This document shows positions 13,645 through 27,846 of a stretch of 64,000 bases of DNA, piece by piece. The notes under the pieces were generated by a model. The model made no database searches. It saw only the letters and a list, made by a program, of their open reading frames with translations, and was not told where the DNA came from. The DNA comes from Chrysomallon squamiferum (taxonomy: Eukaryota > Animalia > Mollusca): positions 19,964,001-20,028,000 of the forward strand of contig CM022677.1 of assembly GCA_012295275.1 (NCBI GenBank), read 5' to 3'. Position numbers and translations under genes: made by a program. The stretch's first letter is position 1, and the number at the start of each line of letters is the position of its first letter.

Positions 13645-14455
13645 CATCATCATCATCATCATCATCATTATTGACGTTGTTCCTTTTACTTTCATTGTTA
13701 TTAACATTCTTATTGCTGTTGTGATAGTTGTTTTTCTTCTTGTTGTACTGATCTAGTTCTGATTTAAATTAATTTCAATTTTTGAACATCAGTATTCACT
13801 TCTACACTTCCGTACCTCTGGTAATAGTAGTAATAGTAATATCAGCAACAGTACCAATTGGTGACATAGTGTAGAGGCTATATAATCTAAATTTATAAGT
13901 ACATTTTCTGCAGTTTGAATTTTGATATTCTGTAACAAAGGCTGTGACAGTTTAATAAGGTGATAATGGCAAAGTTTTGTTCTGCAGTCCATTATCACCT
14001 TTGAAATTATCATCATTGCAGTTTCAGGTGTTCTCTGACTGAAACAAAAGCATGAGTACAGAAAAGAAAAGTAAGGTGCATTTTGAAAGCAACAGTGCCT
14101 CAAAGTTAATATTTCTACTTCAACCGTTTAATCTTTGTCTTAATGTGGAAAACGATAACTGATGCATTTGAAAGCATAATCAGAGTTATTATTATAAAAC
14201 AATTATTAACGTAAAATATCAACGTAATTATAATGCTGTAATTAACTCCAGTTTCTAGTATTTATTCATGAAAAATAAGTGTTATAAATGTACACAGTGT
14301 TACAAAATTTCACCATCTTGTTTTGATGTTTACATATTGTTAGCAATCAATTGGAAAAAACACAGATTTATTTTTTTTTTTTTTTTTTCTTCTTCTTCAT
14401 GCGAAATGAAACAATGTTTCTGAATTTGGTTTCAAATGTTTATCTGCCGTGTCAT

Positions 14456-14586
<131 letters not shown>

Positions 14587-15880
14587 ATCTCAATCTAAAT
14601 CTATCTTTCGGATAAAATGTCAGTTTCTATGTGATTGTTTAATAGGTTTAGATGTTTTCAGTATTTTTCCCTTTTTTTTTTTCTTTGTTTGGTTGCTTTT
14701 ATTTGCTTTGAAACAACAAATTTTATATTCCCTTGCTATCAAATGTCTAAAATTCACGATTTTGAAACTATCATTCTTATCGTCATCGTCATCATCATCA
14801 ATATTACTATTATTTTACAAATGAAAAACAAACAAATATTAATAAGTTATGAACACTAAAAAAGAAAAAAATACCTTTCCGGGCTATCCGGTTATAAATA
14901 AAGGAAAGATAATACAATTACTTTAGGTAACCTTGGAAACTGGCGTGCAAGTAAATGCCTGACGTCATATTCTGTTCCTAGTGAAACTGATCTCATTACG
15001 AATGGGGAGATTTTCTTTCATTTGTTGTTGTAGTTGTTGTTTCAAATTTTGTTACTTGTTATCAAATTGCTTCATGTACCAACGATCAATAAAAATGTGT
15101 TGATTTTTGTTTACTGTTTGTTTGTTTGTTGTTGTTGTTGTTCGTTTTTTTTTTTTTTTTTTTTTTTTCGGAGGGTTTGCTGTCATATATTTTATTAAAT
15201 ATAATCAAAACGCCAGCGTGTGTCCTAGTGCGTAAAAATGTAAATTTATCCCTTTGTGGTGTTTCTTAGCATGATTAATTAATCCACAGAACTTTTAATA
15301 ACAGAAGGAACACCTCCATTAAGTGTTTGCTGTTACCATAGAGACAGGTTCCCATAGGGATCTAGTCAATAACAGAGAATATCTTCTATTTTCAATTTAG
15401 TTTTTTGTTATATTATTAGTAGTAGTTGTCGTTGAATTGGTAGTAGTAGTAGTAGTAGTAGAAGTAATAATAGTAATAGCAGTAGTAGTAATTATGAGTA
15501 TTAATAAAAGTATAATATAGTAAGATAAATTGATTTATTATCTTAGAACTTGTGCTCGTTTTCATAATAATAATATAGTTACAATAGCAGCAGTGATGGT
15601 GATGGTAGTAGCAGTAGCAGCAGCAGCAACCTCAACAGCAACATTTGCAGCACTAATAGCAGAAGTAGTAGTATTAGTACTAAAGTACTAAAGGTAGTAT
15701 TAATAATAATAATAATAGTAGTTAGTGGTAGCAGTAGACGCAGTACTTGTATATTAGTAGTAGTGGCAGTAGTAGTACAAAAAGCAGCAGCAGTAATAGT
15801 AGTTGTGGTTGTAGTAGTAGTAGTAGTTCCAGTAGAAATAATTGTATTGACAGTGACGTCAGCATCAATAGCAGCAGCAG

Positions 15881-16326
15881 TTAATATGGTAGAAACAAAT
15901 CATAATCAGCTGCTGTTTCTTCAGTCGAGTCCATGGAAGAACACACTTCACAGAAGAGACTTCCGCTTGTCCACGCTCTCCCAGTGGTGAAACTTCTGCA
16001 GTGTTCTCCATATCGAGATCGACATGTGTCGTAACACTCAAACTCCTTGCCGACCTGCACGTGCTCTGAGTGATGACACGTGACTTTTCTGTTTGGGTGT
16101 CTTTTGAAACGACTCTCACTGCTACACTGAAAGGATAACAAAATATATGACTTGATTAGAGTTAGTCTTAATGAAAGATATGAAAGACGTTAAGATTTGG
16201 CTGCATCATCCAGGACAGCCGTCTTGTTAACGGTTTTTTCAGTTTCGTCGTTTATTTTCTTTGTTTATTGTTTTTTCGTGAACTTTTTTTTTTTTTTTTT
16301 TTTTTTTTTACTGTTTTATTTTTATA

Positions 16327-16357
<31 letters not shown>

Positions 16358-16532
16358 ATCTGATCGATTTCAGAGATTAACCAATTTAAATAATACAACC
16401 TCTAATTGTATTAACCAGATGGTGGCCATCTTGAAATACTACCCGTCAATACAATTTGAATACATGAGGTGTCTTCGAGGGATTTCTTCTGTGTTTGTGT
16501 CCGTTTGTGAGTGTGTGCTGTGTGCTGTATAT

Positions 16533-16583
<51 letters not shown>

Positions 16584-18050
16584 ATTATTTATTAATTTTG
16601 TTGTTTTTCTTCTCGTAATGTTTCGTTTTTCATTAGGGTAATTGGTAAAAAGTTATTAATTACACATGAGGAATTGAGAGAAACTAGACTCACCTGATAT
16701 TCCGGTGTTAATCTGTACGAGAAAGTTTTATTATAACCAGATCCTATCAAGTAGGCGCCGAACCCAGATCTCGGATGCTTCAGGACGTAAACGACGTCTT
16801 TCACAACTGCAACTGAAGCTGCTACATAATCAGTCGAAGAAGACGTGTACCAGGTTGTTGCTTCTGCCAGCGACTTTCCATTCAGAATTAATTCAAACTG
16901 CTGTCCACTCTTTATGATAACAACGACCTTGTGTTCACTGAATGCCAAATCTGGGACGGAAAAGACGTATTTGTTAGCAGCAAATGGAACCGAGTCAAGT
17001 ATGCACAACGCTGCATCTGAGTAATAACCTGTGCTTGGAATTACTCCAGCTAACAGAGGTCTTGACGACTGGACATGGTGGATTGTCATTCGAGTAATAA
17101 ACGTATCAGAGTGGCCGTTCTCTTCGGGGATTGTCGTAATGTCTCCGTCCACAGTGACGTTGGTGTCGTTGTAGACAGCAACAAGTCGTAGCAGGTCGAC
17201 CTCACTGCCATAGTGGGGAGTGAAAAGAACATATTCCGTCATGAGATTCTTTGTCGGAGGCATCTGATCCACTAAGTGATCAAACCATGATAGGTGGTTA
17301 ACTGAAGAAATGATGTGACCAGAAAACACTGCGATCTTTTTGTCGGACGAAATCCTCGTTCCAGTGAGGTCAACATAGTCTTCTCTCAGTATCTGAAGAG
17401 AGTCTAAAGTTTGCAAGGTCAAGGTCAGACGAGAGGTCATATTGAACGTCTGACTTCTAACTTCGACGTTTAGAGGCTTCATTGGTGATGGGGTTTCGAT
17501 AGTCACTCTGGTATTTTTGAAAGGAACAGCGACGACGATAAACGAACCTTTTTGTTGACCAAGATATGACAACGCTACGTAACTCGATCCCAGCATTCCT
17601 AGCTCCAACAGACTGACAGCGTCAGTGTTGGACGTCTGCCTGTTGGCGAGTATTACCGATATTGGCTTATCTGCTTGAACTAGTATGGACCTCTGCGAAA
17701 CTGAAGAGTTCGGTGGCATTCGTATTTCTGTTGGCAGGCTGACATTTCTGATTCCGGATGCACTCAGACTAAATTCCATGTAGGGCGAAGAAGAAAGGAA
17801 AGGAATTGTTATCGTAACGTTGACAGAATTTTCCGCGGAGACTTGAATTTGGGGTTTCAGAGATGTTGTTGAGGCTGGGTTATGAGAAAACACTCCTACA
17901 TAGTTGTACCGTCTTTGAAAAGAAATTTCTGAAACGAATGAGTAAATAATTAGATGAAGAAACTGTGGAGTATATCTATACCTCCGTCCGTCCGTCCATC
18001 CATTCATCTATCCATTTATACATCCATCTCTCTCTCTATATATATATCTT

Positions 18051-18146
<96 letters not shown>

Positions 18147-18512
18147 CAGACAGACAGAGAGATTTACATCCGTACATACATATATCACACACAGACACAC
18201 GCATACACACATGGAGACAGACGCATCTAATCACACATTCACACAGACGCAAACACACAGACACATATACCTATGTACGTATGTATTTATATATGTGTTT
18301 ATGTTTGTAGGTAAGTAGGTAGATATGTAGGTAGGTGGGTAGGTAGATATGTAAGTATTATGTAGGTAGAAAGGTAGCTATGTAGGTATTTATGTTTGTG
18401 TTATGTAGATAGGTAGCTAGATATGTAAAGTAAATTTAAAAATGAATATTTTACCTGACTGGAAGCTACTGCTTACTAGCAGTAAAATTACACTAATTTG
18501 TAAGACAAACAT
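15881..18512 (-). CDS. IgGFc-binding N-terminal-domain + PAN-like secreted protein, copy 3 (512 aa; exons 18512-18455, 17928-16694, 16126-15881)
   Basis: Same architecture (58+1235+246 nt). Signal MFVLQISVILLLVSSSFQS; frame intact. Confidence 0.88.
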
Positions 18513-18638
18513 GGTAGTAAATTTTCCCGTTCGCTAAATCTAATCTTTTTAAAATAATCGCTAATTCCTTCTTTTTTTTTTTTTTTTTTTTTTTTTTCTT
18601 ACTTCTCTATGACAGCAGGCAGAGTCAGTAAAACCGTA

Positions 18639-18760
18639 TGACGTCAAAACAGGACATTTGTATAATCCGTATCTATGTTCAAAGAAGAACGTCACGGGTG
18701 AAGACTTTCAGTAATTGTTTTACGTCATCGCAGTAGGTGGAAACGAATCTTCTTACGTCA
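18639..18760. promoter_or_regulatory. CRE/ATF site cluster upstream of copy 3
   Basis: TGACGTCA at 18639 and TTACGTCA at about 18720 and 18753. Confidence 0.45.
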
Positions 18761-19734
18761 CAGCAGTACACAGAAAAGAATACTTATTATTATTTTCACT
18801 CTTTACTCTTTCCTCTTAATGTCACGTCTCAATGGAATTTAACTCCTTAAAAAAACATTTTTATAAAAAGTAAAATAATAAAAATCCTACTACGACAGTG
18901 TATAATAATGAAAAAAATACTGATTTTTTCTGAAAATCACACCTCTAAAGAATATGAATTTTTTCCTCTGAAAATCACATTATAAACAGAAAATAAATGT
19001 TTTTCTTCTTAAAGTCACGACCAAGTGTAGCTCACATCCACAGAATAATTTTAAACTGCGCTGACCAGATTCCCATTTAGGAATGACTACCAAAAAACAA
19101 ATACTGTATGTTTTTATGAACTGTTACTCTGTATCGATGAAAACAATATTCCCATTTGGTTTGTTGTGTGGGCATTTATTTATATATTTGTTTATTTATT
19201 TATTTATATATTTGTTTATTTATTGTCCTGATTTTACATACGATACATAGCCACCTACTATTTGCAAACCTTGGATGAATCATCCTAAACTTTAATTATT
19301 AATTCATTTAATTCAAGCAACGAATGGCTAATATTTCAAAGGAAAAAAAAAAAAAACATTCAAAAATAAGTCGCTATTTATCTTAAGAGAAATAAATCCA
19401 AACAAATGATTGTAATAATAAATGAAAGTCCTTGGTTACCTCTGACTGAAGAGAGTAAGAATTATTAATTGTCTGTGAACTGACAGGCCGGATTAGTGTG
19501 AAAGGCTAAAATTTGATAGCCTCTAGAGAACAACGGTCTGAGCTTTTTTCGTTATTCAATTATTTTACATGAAGAGCAATCGATGGCGTTGTTTCTAAAT
19601 GTTCCGCATCAGTGAACACAACAAAATCGTCAACAAATGGATTTTTTTTTTTTTTTTTTTTAAAATATAGCATTTCTCTCCAGTCTCTTCTTACCTTTGT
19701 TTAATTTATTTATGTATTTTTCTTCTTCATATTC

Positions 19735-19798
<64 letters not shown>

Positions 19799-19892
19799 TA
19801 TTGACGTTGTTCCTTTTACTTTCATTGTTATTAACATTCTTATTGCTGTTGTGATAGTTGTTTTTCTTCTTGTATTTTTCTTCTTCATATTC

Positions 19893-19942
<50 letters not shown>

Positions 19943-20128
19943 AGTAGTAGTAGTAGTAGAAGTTTTGTTGTTGTTGTTGCTGTTGTTATTGCTGCTGCTG
20001 CCGTTGTTGTTACTTTCATTGTTATTGATTCTGCTATTGTTGTTGCTGTTGTTGTAGTTGTCTTTCCTTGTGTTGTACTGATGTAGTTCTGATTTAAACT
20101 AATTTTAAATTTAAAACACTGCTATGCT

Positions 20129-20165
<37 letters not shown>

Positions 20166-20874
20166 TGTTGGTTCTGCTGCTGGTGTTGTTGTTCTTGCTA
20201 TAACAGTGTATTAAATGCTGGCGTGATATATATCTACATTTATGAATAAGATGCAAGAGTTGTCTTTTGTGCTCAGTCTGTTCAATTCCTTTGTACCTGT
20301 TTTATTTTTTGCACAATATGTTTTCCTCCAATACTCAGTTTTTCATGATATTTCTACCACGCAGATTCTATTTGCTTGGTACAGTAAAGAATACAGATTT
20401 GACAATCCACATAATGCGGCAGCTGCAGAATTAGTATTGTAGCAGTAATTGCGTCGCGTGTTTTGTGGTTACCATAGAGACACACTCCATTTGAGATCTA
20501 ACCAGTAAAATAGATTATCTTCTATTTTATATTCATTTCATTATTTTTATCATCATCATCATCATCATCATCATTATCGTTACTATTATTAAAATAGCAA
20601 ATAAATAATTTAACGCTTTGAAGCTGAGTAGCTAAAACTTTATTATCAGAGGTAGTAGTGGTAGTGGTAGTAGTGGTAGTAGCAGTAGTAGAAGAAGTAG
20701 CAGAGAAGCATCAGTGTTACTGGTGGTAGTACCAGCCGTCGAAGTAGCAGACGCGGCAATATAAGTACAAACGGTAGTAACAGCACTAGAAGTAGTAGCT
20801 GAATAGTAGTAGAAGTTGTAACAGCAATAGGAAAGTAGAGTAATAACAGTAGAAGTGGTTATAGTAGTAGTAGC

Positions 20875-20905
<31 letters not shown>

Positions 20906-21351
20906 ATAGTAGTTGTTGTTGCAGCAGCAGTAATAGCAGTAACATTGCCAGTAGCAGTAGCAGTAGTAGCACAAGTAAGAGAATAGAGGTAACAATCGTA
21001 GAAGAAGTAGTATTAACATTAACAATAATTCAGTATTAGCAGTAGCAGCAGTAGATTTCTAGTGCTAATAATAATAATAATATTAATAATTATGCTCATA
21101 GTACAAGTTAAATAGTATAGCATGAGTTCAGTAATAGTAAAAATAATAAAAGTAGAAAAAAAGTAATAGCAATAGTTAATAAAAGTAGCAGTAGCACTAA
21201 TAGTAGAAGTAGTAATAGTAGTACTAGTTAGGAGTAGTAACAGTAGTAGCAGTTGCGGTAGTTGTGCTAGTAGTTGTTGTTGGAGCAGTTACAGCAGTAG
21301 CAGCAGTAACTGATGCTGTTGTTGTTGTAGTAATAGCAGTAGCAACAACAG

Positions 21352-23997
21352 TTAATAAGGTAGAAATAAATCATAATCAGCTGCTGTTTCTTCAGTCGAG
21401 TCCATGGAAGAACACACTTCACAGAAGAGACTTCCGCTTGTCCACGCTCTCCCAGTGGTGAAACTTCTGCAGTGTTCTCCATATCGAGATCGACATGTGT
21501 TGTAACACTCAAACTCCTTGCCGACCTGCACGTGCTCCGAATGATGACACGTGACTTTTCTGTTTGGGAGTCTTTTGAAACGACTCTCACTGCTACACTG
21601 AAAGGATAACCACAGATATTACTTGATTTGTTTGTTAGTCTTATTAAAAGAATTAACAGAAATTTTAGATGCAGTATTAATGGAAGCCGTAATGAAAATA
21701 CCATTTTCATATTTTTGTCTTTATTATTTTTTTTTTTTTTTTTTTTTTTTTTTGTAACATTTCCCAGTGTTTCAGTTTATACAATGTTCAACTTTAGTTC
21801 GTTGGAAGGTTCATATGGTGACACAAAATTATATTGAGCCCTTTGAAGCCGGAGCCCAACACTTGTGCTGTTCAGTTTTATTCTCTGAAATACCCTGAAT
21901 ATGCTACATGAAGACGGTTTACAATAGTGTCATCATCAAAAAGTAGTGCTAAAGCAATTGTAAACTTTAATTGCTCGGGTTCGGAAGGTAAACAACACGA
22001 TCTATCATTTTATTAACCAGACAGATAATACCATCGTTTAAAGTACTCGTCAATAAAAAGATTGAATGCATCGAGAGTTTTGGAGAGAACGTTTTCTAAA
22101 TGTCTGTGTACGTACGTACAATTTGTGTATGTGTATGCACGTATACGTTTTGTTGTTATCGTTTTATGTATTGTTTCTTTATTTGTTCTCGGGGAAGAGA
22201 TGCGCATGTGTGTGTTTGTGTGTGTGTGTGTGCGTGTGTGTATCACAGCTGGGAATGTTACTAAAATACTTCACACCTGCGAATTCAGAATTTACCTGAT
22301 ATTCTGGCGTCAGTCGTGAAGAGTAAGTTTTATAAGGACCACACCCTATCAAGTAGGCGCCGAACCGAGATCTCGGATGCTTCAGGACGTAAACGACGTC
22401 TTTCACAACTGCAACTGAAGCTACTACATAATCGGTCGAAGAAGACGTGTACCACGTTGTTGTTTTTGGCAGTAACTTCTCATTCAGAGTTATTTCAAAC
22501 TGCTGTCCACTCTTTATGATGATAACGACCTTGTTTTTTTTGAATGGCAGATCTGGGACGGAAAAGACGTATTTGTTAGCAGTAAACGGAACCGAGTCAA
22601 GTATGCACAACGCCGCATCTGAGTCACCACTCGTCTTTGGAATTACTCCAGCTAACAGAGGTCTTGACGACTGGACATGGTGGATTGTCCTTCGTTTAAT
22701 AAACGTATCAACGTGGCCGTATTCTTCGGGGATTGTCAACGTAATACTTCCGTCCACAGTGACGTTGGTGTCGTTGTAGACAGCAACAAGTCGTAGCAGG
22801 TCGACGTTACTGCCAATGTAGGGAGTGTAGAGAACATATTCCGTCATGAGATTCTTTGTCGGAGGCATCTGATCCACCAAATGATCAGCGGATGATGGGT
22901 TGTTAACTGAAGAACGGATGTGACCTGAAAACACTGCGATCTTTTTGTCGGACGAAATCCTCGTTCCAGTGAGGTCAACATCGTCTTCTCTCAGTATCTG
23001 AAGAGAGTCTAAAGTATCCAAGGTCAAGGTCAGTTCAGAGGACACGTTGAACGTTTGATTTCTAACTTCTATGCTGAATGGCGTGACTTCTTTCGGGGTT
23101 TCGACAGTCACTCTGGTGTTGTTGAAAGGAACAGCGATGACAATGAACGAGCCTTTTTTGAATTTTCCAACAAAAGACAACGCTACGTAACTCGATCCCA
23201 ACATTCCTAGCTCCAATAAACTGACAGTGTCCATGTTGGAAAGCTGAAAATTAGCGAGTATTACCGATACTGGCTTATCTGCTTGAACTAGTATGGACCT
23301 CTGAGAAACTGAAGAAGTCGGTGGCATTCGTATTTCTGTTGGCAGGCTGACATTTCTGATTCCGGATGCACTCAGACTAAATTCCATGTAGGGCGAAGAA
23401 GAAAGGAAAGGAATTGTTATCGTAACGTTGACAGAATTCTCCGCGGAGATCTGAATAAAGGGATTCACGTCATTCCCGTTTATTGGGTTGTGAGAAAACA
23501 CTCCTACATAGTTGTACAGTGTTTCTAAAACATTTTCTGAAATGAAAGAATAACTCGGTAGATTAATAAACATTGCGGTATGTGTGTGTGTGTGTGTGTG
23601 TGTTTGTGTGTGTGTTTGCCTGCGTATTTGTGTGTGTGTTTATATATTTATATACAAACAGAAATACACATACACATAAACTCACACATCCGTGCACAGC
23701 TACCAATACACAGCACAGCTGTTATTTGTTTTCTTTTATGTCTACCTATCCACATATACGTTTCTGTGTTACTGTATGTTCATGCGTCTGTCTCTCTGTA
23801 AATACAGGTGTGTATATGTATGTCTGCATGTATGCATGCATAAGTATATATATATGTGTGTGTGAGTGTGTGTTTGTGTGTGTATTAGGAAGGTAAGTAG
23901 TTAGGTAGGTACGCAGAAAAGTTAAAAGAAATATTTTACCTGATTGTGAGCTACTTTTTACTAACAGTAAAATGACGCTGATTATGAAGACAAACAT
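21352..23997 (-). CDS. IgGFc-binding N-terminal-domain + PAN-like secreted protein, copy 4 (514 aa; exons 23997-23940, 23536-22296, 21597-21352)
   Basis: Same architecture (58+1241+246 nt). Signal MFVFIISVILLLVKSSSQS. Introns are more diverged than in copies 1-3. Confidence 0.88.
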
Positions 23998-24084
23998 GTC
24001 CCTTTTTGCCGTGGGTTAAATCTGACCTCTTTTCCGAAAGAAAACGTCTGTTTTATCTGTTTGTAGTTCGGTATAACAATAGGC

Positions 24085-24208
24085 TGACGTCAATAGAAAT
24101 TGTATGACGTCAAAAAATAAAGTGTTAAAAAAATTAAAATTTGTATTTTGGCACCAAAACGTCACAAGTGAACTCTCACGTCATCAGAGCATCTTGTTCT
24201 TACGTCAC
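24085..24208. promoter_or_regulatory. CRE/ATF site cluster upstream of copy 4
   Basis: TGACGTCA at 24085 and 24105, ACGTCA at about 24159 and 24178, TTACGTCA at about 24200. The sites persist although the flanking sequence has diverged. Confidence 0.5.
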
Positions 24209-24419
24209 AGCAGTACTTTGGCGCGAACACTTTTACTTCAGTGTCACATTATTTTTTTGGGGGGGATTGTTTACTTTTTGCTATTTCCAAATAAATAATA
24301 TTTGTAGAAAGTCGTGTATTTCTTCTTGTGGACACTTTTCTGATCAATCTCCACAACTTTTAGTAATGAGGAAGTTTTTTTTTTTTTTTCTTAAAGTCAA
24401 AATTTTATAGAAAGTTACG

Positions 24420-24660
24420 GTTTTCTTCTGAAGTTCCCAACTCTAACGAATACAACTGTTTTCTTTTGAACGTGAAAAACTCTAAAGAACCCGGTCTTTC
24501 TTATATAAGTCACAAGCCTATAGAAATATGGCTGTTTTCTTCAGAAAGTCACGACTCTAAAAAATATAACTGTTTTCTTCTGAAAGTCACAGCTTTTTAA
24601 GAATGTAACTAATTTTCTTCTGAAATTCACAACACTGAAGAATATCACTGTTACTTTCTC
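24420..24660. repeat. Degenerate ~38-bp tandem repeat, about 6 copies
   Basis: Units resemble TTTTCTTCTGAAAGTCACAACTCTAAAGAATATAACTG. Two to three related units lie upstream of the other copies (about 5180-5270, 11480-11575, 18920-19020). Confidence 0.65.
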
Positions 24661-26448
24661 ACAATCACATCTGTAGTTAATTACGTCTGGTTTAAAGTCT
24701 GAAAGTCAAAAACGTGCTGCGATAACCGCTGCTTCAAGTAACGACCAAACGTGAGATCTGTCTGGTCAATGCCGGTGAACTCCGCGACCAGACAACCCGG
24801 TTAGGAAGAAAGAGTAAAAAAAATAAATACTTAATGTTTTCATGAATAGCATCTCCGCGTCTGTGGTAACCTCAGTCCCGAGTGTTTCTTCTATTTTAAC
24901 CCTTTAGCCGTCGCTGTCAGTTCTGTTGTAGTTTAGCCTGTATTCCGTTGACAATGCACGTTTGATACATACAATGGATAAAGGGAGTACTTGGGGTTGA
25001 CGTGATTATAAGTTCAGTGCGCACATACAGACAGACGTACATACACATAGCCAGCCAGCAAAGCGGACAGAGAGAAGACAAACAAACGGACGGCAGATGA
25101 AAGGATGGACAGACAGACAGACAGACAGACAGACAGGTACATGTAAAGAGCGATAAACACACACGCAATAACATGTATAGACATAGGGTTGACAGAAGGC
25201 AATGAGACCCGATAAACACAAAGAGAAAAACAGATAAACAGACAGACAAAGAGAAGTGGGACAGACAGAAAGACAGATAGACAGGTCAGTATACAGACAG
25301 ACAGACAGAGAGATACAGGCAGATAAACAAACATGCAGCCAGGTATATTTTGGGTGCTTTATTTAGTAAAATATTTATTTCCGTTGTAAGCGACAAATAA
25401 AAAAATAAATGATGAAAATTATGGATTTACAAAACTTAATACGTAAACCCAAATCTTATAAAAGGGTTAATTTCTGGGCGAAGCAACTAAACTTGATGAT
25501 TTGTTCCTTTGTTTAAACTATGAATATGTCACCCTGAATCTTAATTATTTATTCTTTTTATGAGCAGCGAATGGGTATTATCTCAAGGGAAATAAATCCA
25601 GAAACAAATCTTTATTTATCTCAAGGGAAATAACTCCAGAAACAAACGTTCATGTCAAGATAAAAAAAAAAAAAAAGTCGATAAACAAATCGTTATTATC
25701 TCAAACAACTGCAGAAACAAAAAGAAAAGTGAAATACAAACGTGGTTTCGAGTTAGCTGTGTGACATACATTAATGATTTATTCTTTGACTAGAAGAAAA
25801 ACAAAACCTTAAAAAGATGTTTTTTTATAAATATTTCAAAGCATGTATGTATGTATTAATAATATAAATCTATTTATATCTGAAACCATTTTTCAAAGTA
25901 TTCATATAAACCAATTTAAGATTTTGTCTAGGTGATAGATGCAGCTGATATATCAAACTGAAAAAAAAATAATAATAATAATAATAACTATAAATACTAT
26001 GAACAGTAACATTTATATATATTTTTTAAAAAATTAAAAAATTAAATTAAAAAATGTTTATAAATATATTTAAAAAATAAAATTTTGTATAGTTGTAACT
26101 TAATCTTAATGCTTTTCAGATCTGTGCGATGAACTTGTTTTTCATAATATCAAATTAAATTGTATTCAGGAACAGAGATATATGCGTGTGTATTGAGGCC
26201 TTCCTGTTCGACTGGTCGTTTGAAGAACTTGGATATGTTCAGTAAGTCCGCCATGTTTTATTCAGTTTTTCGCAGCTCTGGAAAATAGTAAACAAACGGA
26301 TATTTTTATCTTTATTTTTTTTGTTATTATTCTTCTTCTTTTTTATGATCGGTCTCTCTATGGTCTTTTATATATATATATATATTTATTGTCTTCTTTT
26401 TTAGTAATTATTATTTATTATTTATAAAGTTGTTATTGTTGATATTAA

Positions 26449-26499
<51 letters not shown>

Positions 26500-27374
26500 A
26501 AAATTCATTATTATTATTATTATTATTATCATCATCATCATCATCATCATTTTTTTTCGTTGTTTTTTGTTTTGTTTTGTTCTCTTTTTTGTTGATTTTT
26601 AGTTGTTTTTTTTTTTTTTTTTTTTTTGTTGTTTCTGTTTTTGTTTTTTGGGGCGTTTTAATGTGTGTGTGTGATTGATTGCTGTTGTTTTCCTTTTTCC
26701 TTAACTACATTTGGGACGTTTTAATTAATTAGATTTCGATGTATGAATGTATGTATGTATGTGCACACACACACACACACACGTGTATTTGTCCGCTCAT
26801 GCATGAACGTGACGCACATGCATATAATTACATTTTATTTTCTCTCTGTTTTAATTTAGGTTTCAGAGTTTTTAGTGTTTTGTTGTTGTTGTTGTCGCCA
26901 TTTTGATGGGAATTTTTGTTGTTGTGCTATCTTTGTTCGTTTTTTGTTTGGTTTTTTTTTTTTCGGGTTTTTGGGGTGGTTTTGGGGTTGTTTGGTTTTT
27001 TTTTTTTTTTTGTTATTTGTTGTTATCTGTTGGTATTTCGTGGGGGACTTTCTTTGTTTTGTTTGTTGTTGTTGTTTTTGTTTGGGTTTTTTTCTCACAA
27101 ACAATCTACGTTGGCCTATAAAATAACTGCTTTGAGGAAATGTTTTGTTTTGATTTTCACTCATTTTGAACCGTAGATGTGGTCCACTGTGTTTATTTGA
27201 AAATATGTAAACTGCTTAATCTGTTTCTGAAACTACAATAGGTAGACTGTATTATTTATTATAAATATAGAAAAGAAATGAAAAGAACATTATTAAGAAG
27301 AAGAAGAAGAAGAATATATTTTTTTTAAAACCAGTGATAATGATGATTATAATAATATTATTTTAATAATAATA

Positions 27375-27424
<50 letters not shown>

Positions 27425-27749
27425 CGTTGTTATTGTAGTTTTATTTGGCGTTTGGCTGTTTACTCTGTGCTGTTACTTTGTGTAACGTGTGCGGTATGGA
27501 GTTACTCAAAAATTGTCTTTAGGGATACTTTGCAGTCCAATTACGTATTTATATGCACCACTTTATTTTTATGATAAAGTGGAGATGTGTCACTGTAATT
27601 ATATTTGAATAAGAGCCGTTGACCTATGCACTGTACTGCACACGATGACCAATAAATTGCCTATTCTTTTTATATTAGGTAAATACAATATAGCATCTAG
27701 TTGTCGTTCTTGAATGACGAAAGGGGGCGCTGAATTCTAACACCCAAAG

Positions 27750-27760
27750 GACGCCATTTT
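27750..27760. promoter_or_regulatory. YY1-like motif (GACGCCATTTT) in the TARDBP promoter/5' region
   Basis: Matches the CGCCATnTT consensus about 90 bp upstream of the TARDBP ATG. Confidence 0.4.
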
Positions 27761-27846
27761 AAGCGCTTAGAAGAAAGACTATTTTACAGTAATATTCTTG
27801 ATAAAATTTAAGTAAGCGGCGTTTATTTTTATTTAAAGAGGTAAAA

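Noticed and set aside
26150-26254. Short minus-strand ORF MADLLNISKFFKRPVEQEGLNTHAYISVPEYNLI with good start context
   Set aside because: No convincing donor or downstream exon and no recognisable homology. The CCGCCATGTT start context may be just a YY1-like motif.
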